From positions 1-33,294 of the forward strand of contig JAJYVN010000003.1 in the NCBI GenBank assembly GCA_021791995.1: DNA of 33,294 nt, in the 5' to 3' direction. The DNA comes from Bacillota bacterium. GTDB lineage: Bacteria > Bacillota > Sulfobacillia > RBS10-35 > JAJYVN01. Below are positions 7,757 through 18,015 of this stretch, in pieces. A model generated the notes under the pieces. The model made no database searches. It saw only the letters and a program-made list of their open reading frames with translations, and was not told the origin of the DNA. The translations under genes and the position numbers were made by a program. The stretch's first letter is position 1. Every line of letters begins with the position of its first letter.

Positions 7757-9481
7757 TCACTCCCACCTGCCACCCTGTCCTCCAGAGCGCCAGACCAAAA
7801 GCAGGGTGTATAGGCCGAGGACAGCGGAGGCGGCCAGGCCGAACCGTACCCCATCCCGCTGCCAGACGGAAGTGCTTGGCCGACCAAACACCGCGAGCAA
7901 GGCCGATGTGGCGGCCACGCCAGCGAACGTAATGGCGACCGCAACGCGGTTGATGGCGCTCCGCCACTCGGCGGCCAACCGTTCCACGGCTTTGGGATGG
8001 GGACTCCAGCGCAACTCGCCGCGTTCGACGAGCGTGATCAGGCGCTCGATTCTCCGCGGGAGGCGCAGGGATGCGTTGACCGCATCGGCGCCAGAGCGTA
8101 GAAACCGCAGGGCCGTTTTCGGTGTTCTGGCCTCCCGTAGCGCAAGCTCCTTGAGGTAGTTGCCCGCCGCTTCGGTGGCGACAAAGTCCGGATCGAGCCG
8201 TCGTCCCACCCCTTCATTCATGGCAAGCGTCTTCAACAGGAGTGCAAGGTCGGTCGGAAGACGCATATGGTAGCGTCGCGCCAAGCTGAAGACCTCCGAA
8301 ACCAGTGGGGCCAGTTGGATTTGTCCGAGGGGCTGTCCGGAGACCTCTTCCAGAACATGTTCCATCTGGCGGCGCAGGGAGGCGTGGTGTGCCGTTGTGG
8401 GCGCGATGCCAAAGGTTTCGAGCGCATCGATGACCCGTGTTGAATCCTGATCCACAATGGCCAGGACAAACTGGAGTAGGTTGGTCCGCATTGCGGGACC
8501 CAATTGTCCCATCATGCCGAAGTCGAGTGCGGCCAATGCACCACCGGGTGTAATGAGGAAGTTCCCTGGGTGCGGATCCGCCTGGTAAAAACCGTGCTCG
8601 AAGATCGACTTGAGGAGAATACGGCTACTGCGCAACGCCAGAGCGCGTCGGTCGATTCCGGCCCGCTCGAGGGCGGCGAGATCGTCGATGCGAATGCCAT
8701 GCAACTCTTCCATCACCAGAATGCGCCGGGTGGTGAATTCGCTGTATACATGCGGTACGCGCAAGGCTGGATCCCCGGCGAAATTCCGCGCGATCCGATC
8801 CGCGCTGCGTGCCTCTCGCACATAGTCGAGCTCGCTGCGCAATACCCAGGAGAACTCGTCCACCAAATCCACGAGGTCGACGAAGTCCTCCGTCAGGTGT
8901 TGCGCCGCTCCCACGTGGGACAGGTGACTGAGAATGCTCAGGTCTGCCTCGACTCGCTCTGCCACGCCGGGCTTCTGCACCTTCACCACCACGGGATCCC
9001 CGCTGGGAAGCGTGGCGCGATGCACCTGTGCGATGGAGGCGGAGGCAAGCGGCACATCATCGAAGTGTTCGAGGATCTGGTCCGCGTCCGGCCCGAGTTC
9101 TGCCGCAATGACGGCGCGAATCACTGGGGAGGGTACCGCCGGAACGCGGTCCTGCAACCGTCCCAGTTCGCGCGCATAGTCGGGGGGCACGATGTCGGTC
9201 CGGGTAGACAGGATCTGCCCAAGCTTGATGAACGTGGTCCCAAGATCCTCGATCGTTTCCCGCACGTGCGTTGGTAAGGGAACCCGCCGTGGCTGCGTTC
9301 GGCGCGCCAATGACCATGGCACCAACCGCCCGAGCCCAAGGGATTCCGCAACAAAACCCATCCCGTGCCGGAACAAGGTCTGTGCGATTTCTCGATAGCG
9401 CTGAGCGGAGCGGAGGGGCGATGATCGCCGTGCCCCCTGGTTCCTTTCACCCTCATGGAAGTCGACGTGCGATGCAGCCAC
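7757..9481 (-). CDS. ABC1/AarF/UbiB-family atypical protein kinase with C-terminal TM helices
   Basis: FIKLGQILSTR, PLASASIAQVHRATL, VVVKVQ, QADPHPGN and LDFGM motifs. Start position uncertain. Confidence 0.93.
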   Translation of the reverse strand: MAASHVDFHEGERNQGARRSSPLRSAQRYREIAQTLFRHGMGFVAESLGLGRLVPWSLARRTQPRRVPLPTHVRETIEDLGTTFIKLGQILSTRTDIVPPDYARELGRLQDRVPAVPSPVIRAVIAAELGPDADQILEHFDDVPLASASIAQVHRATLPSGDPVVVKVQKPGVAERVEADLSILSHLSHVGAAQHLTEDFVDLVDLVDEFSWVLRSELDYVREARSADRIARNFAGDPALRVPHVYSEFTTRRILVMEELHGIRIDDLAALERAGIDRRALALRSSRILLKSIFEHGFYQADPHPGNFLITPGGALAALDFGMMGQLGPAMRTNLLQFVLAIVDQDSTRVIDALETFGIAPTTAHHASLRRQMEHVLEEVSGQPLGQIQLAPLVSEVFSLARRYHMRLPTDLALLLKTLAMNEGVGRRLDPDFVATEAAGNYLKELALREARTPKTALRFLRSGADAVNASLRLPRRIERLITLVERGELRWSPHPKAVERLAAEWRSAINRVAVAITFAGVAATSALLAVFGRPSTSVWQRDGVRFGLAASAVLGLYTLLLVWRSGGQGGRWE

Positions 9482-9611
9482 CTCCCCCCCGACGCGACAC
9501 CCCTAGCATCGCTCATTTGCGCTCTCGACGCATGCCATAAAAGGGATGGTCGCGGGGGATTCGGCAGAGCCCTAACGCGGAACAAGACCGAGTGCACTTC
9601 AGCATCGTGCT

Positions 9612-9687
9612 TGGCGGAGGCGACGGGGATCGAACCCGCGATCTCCGGTGTGACAGACCGGTGTGTTAACCACTACACTACGCCTCC
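9612..9687 (-). tRNA. tRNA-Asp (GTC)
   Basis: GGAGGCGTAGTGTAGTGGTTAACACACCGGTCTGTCACACCGGAGATCGCGGGTTCGATCCCCGTCGCCTCCGCCA: 76-nt cloverleaf, anticodon GTC, T-loop TTCGA, encoded CCA. Confidence 0.97.
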
Positions 9688-9712
9688 GCGAATCTGGGCC
9701 AGAAGCCCCATG

Positions 9713-9742
9713 ATTGTAGTGGAGGTGCAAGGCTCCCGTCAA
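9713..9742 (-). promoter_or_regulatory. Promoter of tRNA-Asp
   Basis: TTGACG, 18-nt spacer, TACAAT, ending 25 nt upstream of the tRNA 5' end. Confidence 0.7.
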
Positions 9743-9763
9743 ACACAAAAATACCGGAGTGGC

Positions 9764-10693
9764 TCAGGTGTGGTGCTTCGGACGGTCGAAGTGCCGTTTC
9801 ATCTCGGATACGTACTGCACCCCGAGCGTTGCGCGATGCGCATCGAGCCATGCTCCCAAGGCCGTCGGCGCGGTAGGGGATGCGTGTGATACCAGGAGAT
9901 CCGCCATGAGGCCACGGATTTCATCGCGCGTAATCAGCACATCCCCTGTCACCATGCTCCCAATGCGGCCGAGTGCGAAGCCAACGTCCGGCGAGACATG
10001 CACCAGTTTGGGGCGGCGGTTCACCGCCTGGGCGATGCGCTCGACCAGGGCGGTGAAGGTGTATGTCTCGGGACCCACCGCGTCGATCGTCCGTGTTTCC
10101 GCTTCGTTGCCGAGTTGGATCGCCAGTTCGGCCAAATCATCCACATGAACTGGCTGCACGCGGTACGTTCCGTCGCCGAAGATCGGGAAGAAGGGCAGGC
10201 GGCGTACGATCCAGGCGATGTTGTGCAACAGAATGTCCTCATCGCCAAAGATCAGGGCGGGGCGCACGATGCCGTGCGACAGGCCGGATTGGTGCAGGGC
10301 CTCCTCCACCAGCCCCTTACCGCGAAAATAGGGGAGAGGGCTATCGCTTGAGGCACCGGTGATGCTGACGTGGACTACGCGGCGCACACCGGCGCGCTCC
10401 GCTGCTGAGAAGAGCCTCTTCAAATTCTCGGCAGCGCGCGCATGATCGAGTCCACCCTGCGCAAAGCGGACCCAATATGTGGAGTAAAGGGTCTCCACCC
10501 CCTGCAGATCTTGCGTCAGTTGATCGATGGCGTCGAAGTCGAGTGGTCGTACGTCGACTTGTTCGCGCAGAGGGTCCGGGCGGTCCGGATGTCCGGTGAG
10601 TGTTCGAACGGTTTGGCCGGACGCCAAAAGACGCTTGGTGATGTGACGGCCGGTATATCCGAAGGCGCCGGTGACCGCATCCAGTGATGGCAC
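9764..10693 (-). CDS. NAD(P)-dependent epimerase/dehydratase (atypical SDR, NDUFA9-like)
   Basis: VTGAFGYTG Rossmann motif, SPLPYFRGKG, IVRPALIFG and VQPVHVDDLA. GTG 10693 follows GGGAGGGG. Confidence 0.9.
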   Translation of the reverse strand: MPSLDAVTGAFGYTGRHITKRLLASGQTVRTLTGHPDRPDPLREQVDVRPLDFDAIDQLTQDLQGVETLYSTYWVRFAQGGLDHARAAENLKRLFSAAERAGVRRVVHVSITGASSDSPLPYFRGKGLVEEALHQSGLSHGIVRPALIFGDEDILLHNIAWIVRRLPFFPIFGDGTYRVQPVHVDDLAELAIQLGNEAETRTIDAVGPETYTFTALVERIAQAVNRRPKLVHVSPDVGFALGRIGSMVTGDVLITRDEIRGLMADLLVSHASPTAPTALGAWLDAHRATLGVQYVSEMKRHFDRPKHHT

Positions 10694-10710
10694 TTCGTTC
10701 CCCTCCCTAT

Positions 10711-13700
10711 TTAGCGCAGATGCGCTGGCTCCAGCATCCCAGTCTGGAGGAAGGCAATCCATGCTTCCCGAACGGGGCGTCCCCAGACAGCCGTCATCGC
10801 TCGAGCATAGAGTCGCACCTGCTCCCGGTACTGTGCCACGGTTCGATCGCTCGGGCCAACGGCGCGGTCGGTCTTGTAGTCGACGAGGATGAGATGGTCA
10901 CTCTGTACCAAAAGGCAGTCCACAGTTCCCTGAACCAGGACCCACTCGTGTGGATCCGCCTCTATCTCTGGATACACCTCCACGGCCGGGAGACGCAAAA
11001 GAAACGGCACTTCGCGCAGGACACTACCGGCATTCCGGTGCAAGCGTTCGCCCAAAGGAGACCGCAAAAAGCGTGCAACGGAGTCCACATCCACCGCCTG
11101 GGCCACCCTTGCCGTGATGTGTTGGTCGGTGATGAGGCGATCGAGGCAGCGGGTGATGGCATTCGAGTCGACGGGCCCGCCCAGGTCGATGCGGCTCAAA
11201 AGGAGGTGCGTGGCGCTTCCGACCTCCGCGGGGCTCGGCGCGACGTTGTTCAGGCGACGGGGGCCTGGGAGTGGAGGCTGCTGTTCGGTCCCTAGCACGG
11301 CGGCCGGTTCCTCAAGGCCTGCGGCGGTGAGGTGCCGGGCGAGTTCTCCCACACTCGTTTTGGCATAGCGGCCCGCAAGGTGGGCGTAAGGGTATTGCCA
11401 ATCGGCTTCTTCCGAGAGGCGCTGCCAGAGCGCCTCATCCACTGTTGTGTCGGGATCAGCCGCCAGTGGTTTCGACTCGGCTGGATCAGTCTCGAGGGAT
11501 TCCTGTACCGGGCCAAGGGATACGTTGAAGAGCGGATCGCGGACACCAACCGCGGGGACTGTACCGACCAACGCATCGAGCGCTCCTGCCACCTCTGCCC
11601 GGGTGGCCAGAACGGGAACAATCCAATCCAGCACTCGGCGCCCGTCCCCCAGGTCCGATACCCCCCCCTCCGTCCGAGCTTGGTCCAACCATCCTGCGGC
11701 ATCCTGCAAGAGATCCTTGCTGCGTCCCACCAAACAGAGGCGCTCCTTTGCCCGCGTCATGGCAACATAGGCGATGCGCAACTCTTCGGCCCGCTCCTCG
11801 TGCCGTAATTGCTCGGCGATGATCGCATGGCGGAGGGTAGGCCAGCGCAGACGGCGTACGGGATCGGCGGCGAGCGCTCCGAGGCCCAGCCCGCGATGCG
11901 CTAGCACCTCGTCCCGTGCAGAGCGGAAGGAAAAGGTGCGACCGAGCCCCGCGATAACGACCAAGGGAAACTCGAGCCCCTTGCTGCTATGGACCGATAG
12001 GATGCGCACCTGGTCGCCGACCGCCCGGGCCGCCTCACCGATCCCCTCTTGCGCATCCGAACTCGTGAGGAAGTCACACAGAGCCTGCAGGTCTCCATGG
12101 ATCGTTCGATCGGCTTCCCGGCAGCGCTCCACGATCCAATTCAGCGTTTTTTGGCGTTCCGCGCCAAGGGGCAACGTGGTAGTGGTGTGGACGTAGCCAG
12201 AATCCTGAAGCACGGCCTCCACCACTTCCGCGGCGGGGGCACGGCGGATCAAGGTCCTCCAGTGTTCCAGGTTGTGCAGCCATGTCGCAACAACGGGGCG
12301 AAGATCCTCCGGGCCGGTGGTGGCGGTTGTGGTCAGCGCATCCCAGAGACTCCCCTGCGGCAAGGTGGTGCGAATCCGCAGGAGATCCGCATCCGTAAAG
12401 CCACCCAGAGGACCTCGCAGCGTTGCGGCCAGGGGGATGTCCGCAAGCGGGTTGCGCAACGTTTGCAGCCAGGCGATGACGGTTCGAGTCTCCACCGTTT
12501 CCTGCCGGTTGGCCAAGTCGGCTGCCCAGCAAGGGATGCTGCGTGCCTGCAGGGCAGCGAGGTATGCTGCGGCGGAGCCGGTGGTGGCGCGGAGGAGAAT
12601 CGCCACATCCCCGTAGGTGGCCGATCGATAGCGTTTCCTCGAGTGATCCCAGACGGGAGTCTTCTCCGCGAGCCAGGACTGTACGCGGTCGGCGACCACC
12701 GACGCCTCCCGCTCCAACGCGGTGCGTAGCGCGGCCACATCGTCCGGTCGGGAGGGATCCGGGTCGAGGTCTTCCCCTTCCACGAGCCGTAGCTCGATGA
12801 GCGGTTCTGGTTCATGATTAGGGAGTTCTGGATACCTCGCCCGATACTGCAGTGGTCCCGCGTATCCCTGCGGCAGATCCGAACCCTCGGCCGCGAATAG
12901 CGGGCGGAAGATAGCATTGATTCCGTCCACCAGGCGTGGTCGGGTTCGGAAATTATCCGGTAGCTCGAGCAGACGGCCTCCTCCCTCCTCCCCATACCCC
13001 TCGGCTCGCTCAACGAAGCGTTCCGGGGCTGCGTGCCGGAAGCCGTAGATGCTTTGGCGGACGTCCCCGACCGAAAAAAGGAACGGCTCGCCGTCTCTGC
13101 CCACGATTGCGGAGAGCAGTTCCTGTTGAATGGGGCTCAGGTCTTGGGACTCGTCGACCAAAACCTCCCTGTATCGCCGCCGAATACTGCGCGCGGCTTC
13201 GCCTTCCGCTTGGAGTACCGCCAATAGACGGTGCTCCAAGTCGTCGAAGTCCAGCGCGTTTTCCTGCCGCTTGGCCTCGTGGTAGCGTGTATCGAATTCC
13301 CGCACGAGTCCCACCAAAGCACTCAATTCCGCCGAAACGACCCGATCCTCGTTCTCGAGGTTCGCGGCGGGGCGCCCATAGACGCCGCGCCGCAGGCTCT
13401 TGATGTCATCCTTGGAGGCATCGCGCAATTGGCGCACACGCGCAGCCAGTCGCTGATCCGCCTCGGTGTCGCAGGAAAGCGCTGGAAAGGAAGCCTGCAC
13501 CAGGGCTGCGGCGATCGTGTCCCAGGGCGCATCCACTGCCCGCAAGAGTCCTTCGAAAAGCGATTGATCCGACTCGAGCGCCGGGAGATAATTGCCTGGT
13601 CCGCCAGGCAACTGTGCGATGCGGAGCGCCTGGCGGCAGCGGTGGAGGCAGTGCTGGAGCGATCGACGCAGTCCGGCACGGGCCAACGGTTCCTCGGTGA

Positions 13701-14280
13701 GTCGGGTCCGTTCGGTCGCTGCATCGAGCCAAGCAGTTGGGTCCGCCTGTCCCCGCGCGAAGCTGTGCACGCGGAGGACGAGGTGCCCCAGGCGCCCTGA
13801 TGTGCCATGTCGCTCCAGAAGGGGCAAGAGATTCTGTCCTCCCGGCGCCTCCTCCGCCAGGAGTTGCTCGAGGGTTCGCATTCGAATTGTCTCTGCCGCA
13901 CCCGCCGACAGGACGGTAAACGCTGGATCGCATCCCGCTGCATCAAAGTGACGGCGCAGCGTTCGTTCACAAAAGCTGTGGAGCGTGGAGATATCGGCCA
14001 AAGGTAGAAGGAGCACCTGGCGGGCGGCCCGAGGTGAGCGACTCTGGTTCTGTCGCAGCGCGCTTGCGATGCGCTGGCGCATCTCGGCGGCAGCGAGGCG
14101 CGTGAACGTTACGACGAGGAGCTGATCGATGTCCAGCGGGTCCACCGGATCCGCCAAGCGTCCGATGACGCGCTCGGTGAGGACCGCGGTCTTGCCGGCT
14201 CCCGCCGCTGCCAGACAAACGACATGACCCCCACGGTCCATGATGGCCGCGCGTTGTGGTTCCGTCCAGTCCTCACCCAT
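10711..14280 (-). CDS. addA: ATP-dependent helicase/nuclease subunit A
   Basis: WTEPQ, AAAGAGKT, LLVVTFT, VLVDESQD, VGDVRQSIYGFR, SVHSSKGLEFP, YVAMTRA and C-terminal nuclease QGTVD...LVDYKTD. ATG 14280 with GAGGAGG overlaps the addB end. Confidence 0.95.
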   Translation of the reverse strand: MGEDWTEPQRAAIMDRGGHVVCLAAAGAGKTAVLTERVIGRLADPVDPLDIDQLLVVTFTRLAAAEMRQRIASALRQNQSRSPRAARQVLLLPLADISTLHSFCERTLRRHFDAAGCDPAFTVLSAGAAETIRMRTLEQLLAEEAPGGQNLLPLLERHGTSGRLGHLVLRVHSFARGQADPTAWLDAATERTRLTEEPLARAGLRRSLQHCLHRCRQALRIAQLPGGPGNYLPALESDQSLFEGLLRAVDAPWDTIAAALVQASFPALSCDTEADQRLAARVRQLRDASKDDIKSLRRGVYGRPAANLENEDRVVSAELSALVGLVREFDTRYHEAKRQENALDFDDLEHRLLAVLQAEGEAARSIRRRYREVLVDESQDLSPIQQELLSAIVGRDGEPFLFSVGDVRQSIYGFRHAAPERFVERAEGYGEEGGGRLLELPDNFRTRPRLVDGINAIFRPLFAAEGSDLPQGYAGPLQYRARYPELPNHEPEPLIELRLVEGEDLDPDPSRPDDVAALRTALEREASVVADRVQSWLAEKTPVWDHSRKRYRSATYGDVAILLRATTGSAAAYLAALQARSIPCWAADLANRQETVETRTVIAWLQTLRNPLADIPLAATLRGPLGGFTDADLLRIRTTLPQGSLWDALTTTATTGPEDLRPVVATWLHNLEHWRTLIRRAPAAEVVEAVLQDSGYVHTTTTLPLGAERQKTLNWIVERCREADRTIHGDLQALCDFLTSSDAQEGIGEAARAVGDQVRILSVHSSKGLEFPLVVIAGLGRTFSFRSARDEVLAHRGLGLGALAADPVRRLRWPTLRHAIIAEQLRHEERAEELRIAYVAMTRAKERLCLVGRSKDLLQDAAGWLDQARTEGGVSDLGDGRRVLDWIVPVLATRAEVAGALDALVGTVPAVGVRDPLFNVSLGPVQESLETDPAESKPLAADPDTTVDEALWQRLSEEADWQYPYAHLAGRYAKTSVGELARHLTAAGLEEPAAVLGTEQQPPLPGPRRLNNVAPSPAEVGSATHLLLSRIDLGGPVDSNAITRCLDRLITDQHITARVAQAVDVDSVARFLRSPLGERLHRNAGSVLREVPFLLRLPAVEVYPEIEADPHEWVLVQGTVDCLLVQSDHLILVDYKTDRAVGPSDRTVAQYREQVRLYARAMTAVWGRPVREAWIAFLQTGMLEPAHLR

Positions 14281-17200
14281 CGTGTCGCCTCTCCTCCATT
14301 CGAGCGCGCGCGGCCGCAGCTGGAATATCGGGTAGCGGACGAAACGAGTCGCCCGCCGTCGGGTCAAAGCGGCAGACGGCGGGATAGGGACAGCCGAGAC
14401 AGGCCAGAGTCGTTCCTCGGCGGACAGGCCGTGGGCGAATATCCCCTGCCTGGATGCGTTGTCCCAAGTCTTCCACTATCGCTGTGAGGGTGGCGATGAG
14501 GCCTTGGAAGCCTCGCGCAGAGAGTACCGATGCGTCGGCGCGTGGCTTGCCGTCGTTTCGCAGCCGAACCCCGGTGATGCTCCCGTCCGGGATACGCTCG
14601 TGTAAGCGGAGTGCCGCAGGTTCCGCTGGGGCGATTCCCTCCAGGTGTGGGGGAGAATCTGGCGTGTCATCGGGTGGTCCGTCCACGGTGTCCCACCGAT
14701 GCGCCGTGGGCAGAAGAAAGATGCCGCCGACCTCGTCTTCGGGACGGGCCGCGAGCGCGGCGGCGAGATAAATCGCGGGCTGGAGGTCCACACCGTGGAG
14801 AAGACCCTGCAGCCGGAAGCTGGCTCTACCTGTTTTGTAGTCGATGATCCGCAGTGCGGTTCGTCCCGTGTCCGGATTGATTGCCACGTCGACCCGATCA
14901 ATCCGTCCTCCGATCGAAAGACCACCCAGGCGTAAGGGAGGCCAGTCGTCGCCGTGGTTGCCGAAGGAGATCTCGGCGCCCAGGGGGCGGTAGGAACCCG
15001 CGTGCAAATGGTGCGCCACCGCTTGGGCTGCCCGGTGCACATCATGACGGAGGCTTTGTAGCGCATGGCGGCTGGTGGGGGAGTCATGACTCAAACGATT
15101 GATGGCTTCGCACAACGCCTCTTCGGCCAACGTTTCGATTTGTTCGCGGCTGTGTTCAGCCCAGTTTAGATGCTTTTCCTGGGCGGCATCGATGAACTGG
15201 GCCAGGACTTCATGGATGAGCCTCCCGGCCTCGACCGGAGAGAACCCTGAGTCGGTGTGCTCGTGGAGCCGCAGGCCAAAGCGCGCAAAGTGTTGGAAGG
15301 CGCAGGCCGCCATGGACTCCAGTTGCGTGCTGCTGAACAGCCGCCCCGCATACGACTCCCGGACCAGGTGTTGGGGGAGAGGGGTCACCGGCGCCGTGGG
15401 CGGCGCAAGGGATACATCGCGGTCGGCCAGCCAGCGCCGAGCGGTTTCCCACTCGATCTCTCCGGCCTGTCCACTGATCGATCGCAGCATGATCTCTGCC
15501 GCTAGGAAGGCCATGCCGCGGGACGCGCTGGGTCCATCCGACTGGCCCCAGGACGGTAGTTCCGGAAAGAGCTCCACCACCCGTCGAAGGGCTTCCGCTG
15601 GCTCCGCCCCCGCTGGATAGCTGAGATACAAGCGTTCGGAGGAGCGCGTCAGGGCGATGTAGTCGAGATAGCGAGCGCGCAAAAGATCCTCCGCACGGTC
15701 CGGTGCCACCTCCACGCCAGCAGCCGACAGACGGATGCGGTCGTCGTCGCGGAGAAGGGTACCCTCGCGAGAGCCTCGGGGAAACCCGCCCTCGAGCATT
15801 CCTGGGATGAAGACGCAACGGAGTTCGGGGTGTCGGCTGCGATCGATGGAACCGCACAGCACCTGGTCAAGGCAGGGGGGGAGAAGCCCGACGCTGATGT
15901 CCTCCAGTCCCGAGGCCAACACGGAGACCAGTTCCGCAAGGTTCACGATTTGCTCTCCCAGCGTCAGTTGGACCTGATCGAGGACCCCGAGTACGGACGC
16001 CCAGACCTGGCGGTGCCAGGATGCCTCCTCGGGCTCGGCTCCATTCACCCATTCGGTCATGGTCGCCTCTGCGCCGATCTCGAGGAGGAAGGCATGAAGG
16101 GCCAGGGCCGCATCGTGCCCGGTCATCCCCTCCGCCAGGGCCAATTCCAGTCGCCGGACGGGTGCTGTAACCAGAGGACAAGGGCTGTGCTCGGCCTCGT
16201 ACCAGAAGGCTCCGTCGCGGCGCGGGAGGAGAGCGATTGCGTCCGCCTGTTGCCGTGGTATCGCGGCGAGGTCTGTCTCGAGGTAGCGCTGAACAGCGTT
16301 CGCCGTCCAACCCTCCTGGATGATCCCAAGGGCAGCCGGCAGCACGCGAACCAACGGGTGTCGGGCGGCGGGTTTGCGCACATCGATGAAGTGGGGGATG
16401 CCATAGGTGCAGAACGCAGAGTGGAGCTGGTCGGCGTAGGTGTCTAGGTCATGGGTGACGACGGCAATCTGGCGGTATCGTAGCCCCTCCTCCCGACAGA
16501 GGCGCACGATCTCCTCGGCGATGCACAAAGCTTCCGTGCGCGCACTGTCGGCCATAAGGAGCTTGACGCTCTTAGCCGCACAGCTTGGTCCTGGATCGAG
16601 TCCTGCCAGTGCGGCTTCGATCCGTGCTCGGTCCTCATGGGAGCGGAAGCGCCAGGGTGCCTTCCCGGTGCGATCCAATGAAAGCGTCCCACTCCATGGC
16701 GCTGCGCAGCGCTCTCGGAGATCCAGGAGCTGGTGGAGCGTTTTTTGGGTTGGATAGAACGGTTGATCGGGATCCGGTGCGGGCCACGCGCCCGTCCCAT
16801 CGGGTGCGAAGGAGAGCGCGTCAAGACATAGCGCAATGTTCAGTTTTGCGCCGGCACGGAGAAGTGCGCCCAAAAGGTGGAGCTCCCGCGGCGTGAACCC
16901 GGCGAAACCGTCGATCCAATAGGTGGCCATACCCAGGGAGGTGCGATGTACCACATCGGCTGCCAATGACAGGTCGGATCCGGGATCGCCTAACGTTGTG
17001 CCCAGATGCTGGCGGTATGCCCTCCAGCAGAGCGCAATGTCATGGAGCCGGTCGCCCGTGCTGTCCGCAAGTGACTCGGCGGTGCGCAGCAGTTCTCCGG
17101 GCGTATGGTGATAGGCCTCGAGTTCCACGATCTCTTCCGCGAGGGACGCAATCCAGCCCGCATCGCAGACGCTGCGAGCAAAGACACGCAGTTCGGTCGC

Positions 17201-17500
17201 AAGGAGGGGTGCGACGGTGCGAAGGATCATCCGTCGCCCGGAGGTGTCGACCCGTGGGGTGGACAATCCTCCGGTCTCCTCCAGCACCCGGTACGCCAGC
17301 CGGCGAAAGCTCAATACCTGGATGCGTGCCACGGCCGTGCTCCCACCCTCCAAGAGTGCGCCTTCCAATTGGTAGGTTGCTTGTTCGGGGGCGAGGAGAA
17401 CGAGGGGCGGTCCCCACGGCGCATCGCGCGCTACAGCTAAGCACTCCTGGAGTACCGTGGTGGTTTTTCCGGAGCCAGCACGCCCAATGATGAATCGCAA
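14273..17500 (-). CDS. addB: ATP-dependent helicase/deoxyribonuclease subunit B
   Basis: LRFIIGRAGSGKT, PEQATYQ, WIDGFAGFTP, nuclease GRIDRVD...IIDYKTG, and Fe-S staple cysteines (CAF; CLGCPYPAVCRFD). TTG 17500 is the likely start. Confidence 0.95.
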   Translation of the reverse strand: MRFIIGRAGSGKTTTVLQECLAVARDAPWGPPLVLLAPEQATYQLEGALLEGGSTAVARIQVLSFRRLAYRVLEETGGLSTPRVDTSGRRMILRTVAPLLATELRVFARSVCDAGWIASLAEEIVELEAYHHTPGELLRTAESLADSTGDRLHDIALCWRAYRQHLGTTLGDPGSDLSLAADVVHRTSLGMATYWIDGFAGFTPRELHLLGALLRAGAKLNIALCLDALSFAPDGTGAWPAPDPDQPFYPTQKTLHQLLDLRERCAAPWSGTLSLDRTGKAPWRFRSHEDRARIEAALAGLDPGPSCAAKSVKLLMADSARTEALCIAEEIVRLCREEGLRYRQIAVVTHDLDTYADQLHSAFCTYGIPHFIDVRKPAARHPLVRVLPAALGIIQEGWTANAVQRYLETDLAAIPRQQADAIALLPRRDGAFWYEAEHSPCPLVTAPVRRLELALAEGMTGHDAALALHAFLLEIGAEATMTEWVNGAEPEEASWHRQVWASVLGVLDQVQLTLGEQIVNLAELVSVLASGLEDISVGLLPPCLDQVLCGSIDRSRHPELRCVFIPGMLEGGFPRGSREGTLLRDDDRIRLSAAGVEVAPDRAEDLLRARYLDYIALTRSSERLYLSYPAGAEPAEALRRVVELFPELPSWGQSDGPSASRGMAFLAAEIMLRSISGQAGEIEWETARRWLADRDVSLAPPTAPVTPLPQHLVRESYAGRLFSSTQLESMAACAFQHFARFGLRLHEHTDSGFSPVEAGRLIHEVLAQFIDAAQEKHLNWAEHSREQIETLAEEALCEAINRLSHDSPTSRHALQSLRHDVHRAAQAVAHHLHAGSYRPLGAEISFGNHGDDWPPLRLGGLSIGGRIDRVDVAINPDTGRTALRIIDYKTGRASFRLQGLLHGVDLQPAIYLAAALAARPEDEVGGIFLLPTAHRWDTVDGPPDDTPDSPPHLEGIAPAEPAALRLHERIPDGSITGVRLRNDGKPRADASVLSARGFQGLIATLTAIVEDLGQRIQAGDIRPRPVRRGTTLACLGCPYPAVCRFDPTAGDSFRPLPDIPAAAARARMEERRHDG

Positions 17501-17530
17501 GGGTGATTCCCTTCTGTGGTAAACAACGAC

Positions 17531-17559
17531 ATTGTACGGGGGAGCGGTCGGCACGGCAA
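17531..17559 (-). promoter_or_regulatory. Promoter of addBA
   Basis: TTGCCG, 17-nt spacer, TACAAT, 30 nt upstream of TTG 17500. This supports the shorter addB start. Confidence 0.7.
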
Positions 17560-17656
17560 CCCCTGGCAGGGAGGAGTGCCAGGGTGCGGCAACGTCGATC
17601 CGAATCGGCGGAGGAAGAGAAGTAGCGGCATACACCATACGCTAGGTGGTTTATGG

Positions 17657-18015
17657 TCCGGAATCGAGCATCGGGAGGGCTTCGTCTAGCGTTCCGATAA
17701 GCGGCGTCGGTTCCCACCTACCCCGATGATCAGCCATACCGAGTTGGTATGGGTCGCCTTGTACGGAGGCGCGGCGTGCGCGGTTCTAGGGTCCATCCTC
17801 ATCCTCGGTGTAGATGATCCGATGCGATGCGGGAGCGTACGTTTCGATGCGGAAAGCCCTTGGCTTGCAGGATACGCATCATCTCTGCAGCCCGGAAAGC
17901 GCCTCCGCTGTTGGCCCCTACGCTGCCTCCTCCATGGGATAACCGTGAAACGTCCAGTCGACGCGATGGCCTTCTTCCAACGTTCGACGAATGCCTTGAT
18001 CCGCTCCATCAACAT
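17657..18015 (-). repeat. Diverged repeat, copy 1 (inverted relative to 32844-33191)
   Basis: Collinear blocks shared with copy 2: ATCAAGGC, the identical 20-mer TGGACGTTTCACGGTTATCC (17937-17956), GATCATCTACACC, GATGGACCCT, TACCAAC..GGTATGGC and TCGATTCCGGA (17657-17667). Confidence 0.9.

Noticed and set aside
14281-14367. Longer N-terminus of AddA from the ORF track
   Set aside because: ATG 14280 has a strong RBS and overlaps the addB stop; the extension lies inside addB.
17501-17638. Longer N-terminus of AddB from the ORF track
   Set aside because: It contains a good -35/-10 promoter, and AddB homologues begin at LRFIIGRAGSGKT.
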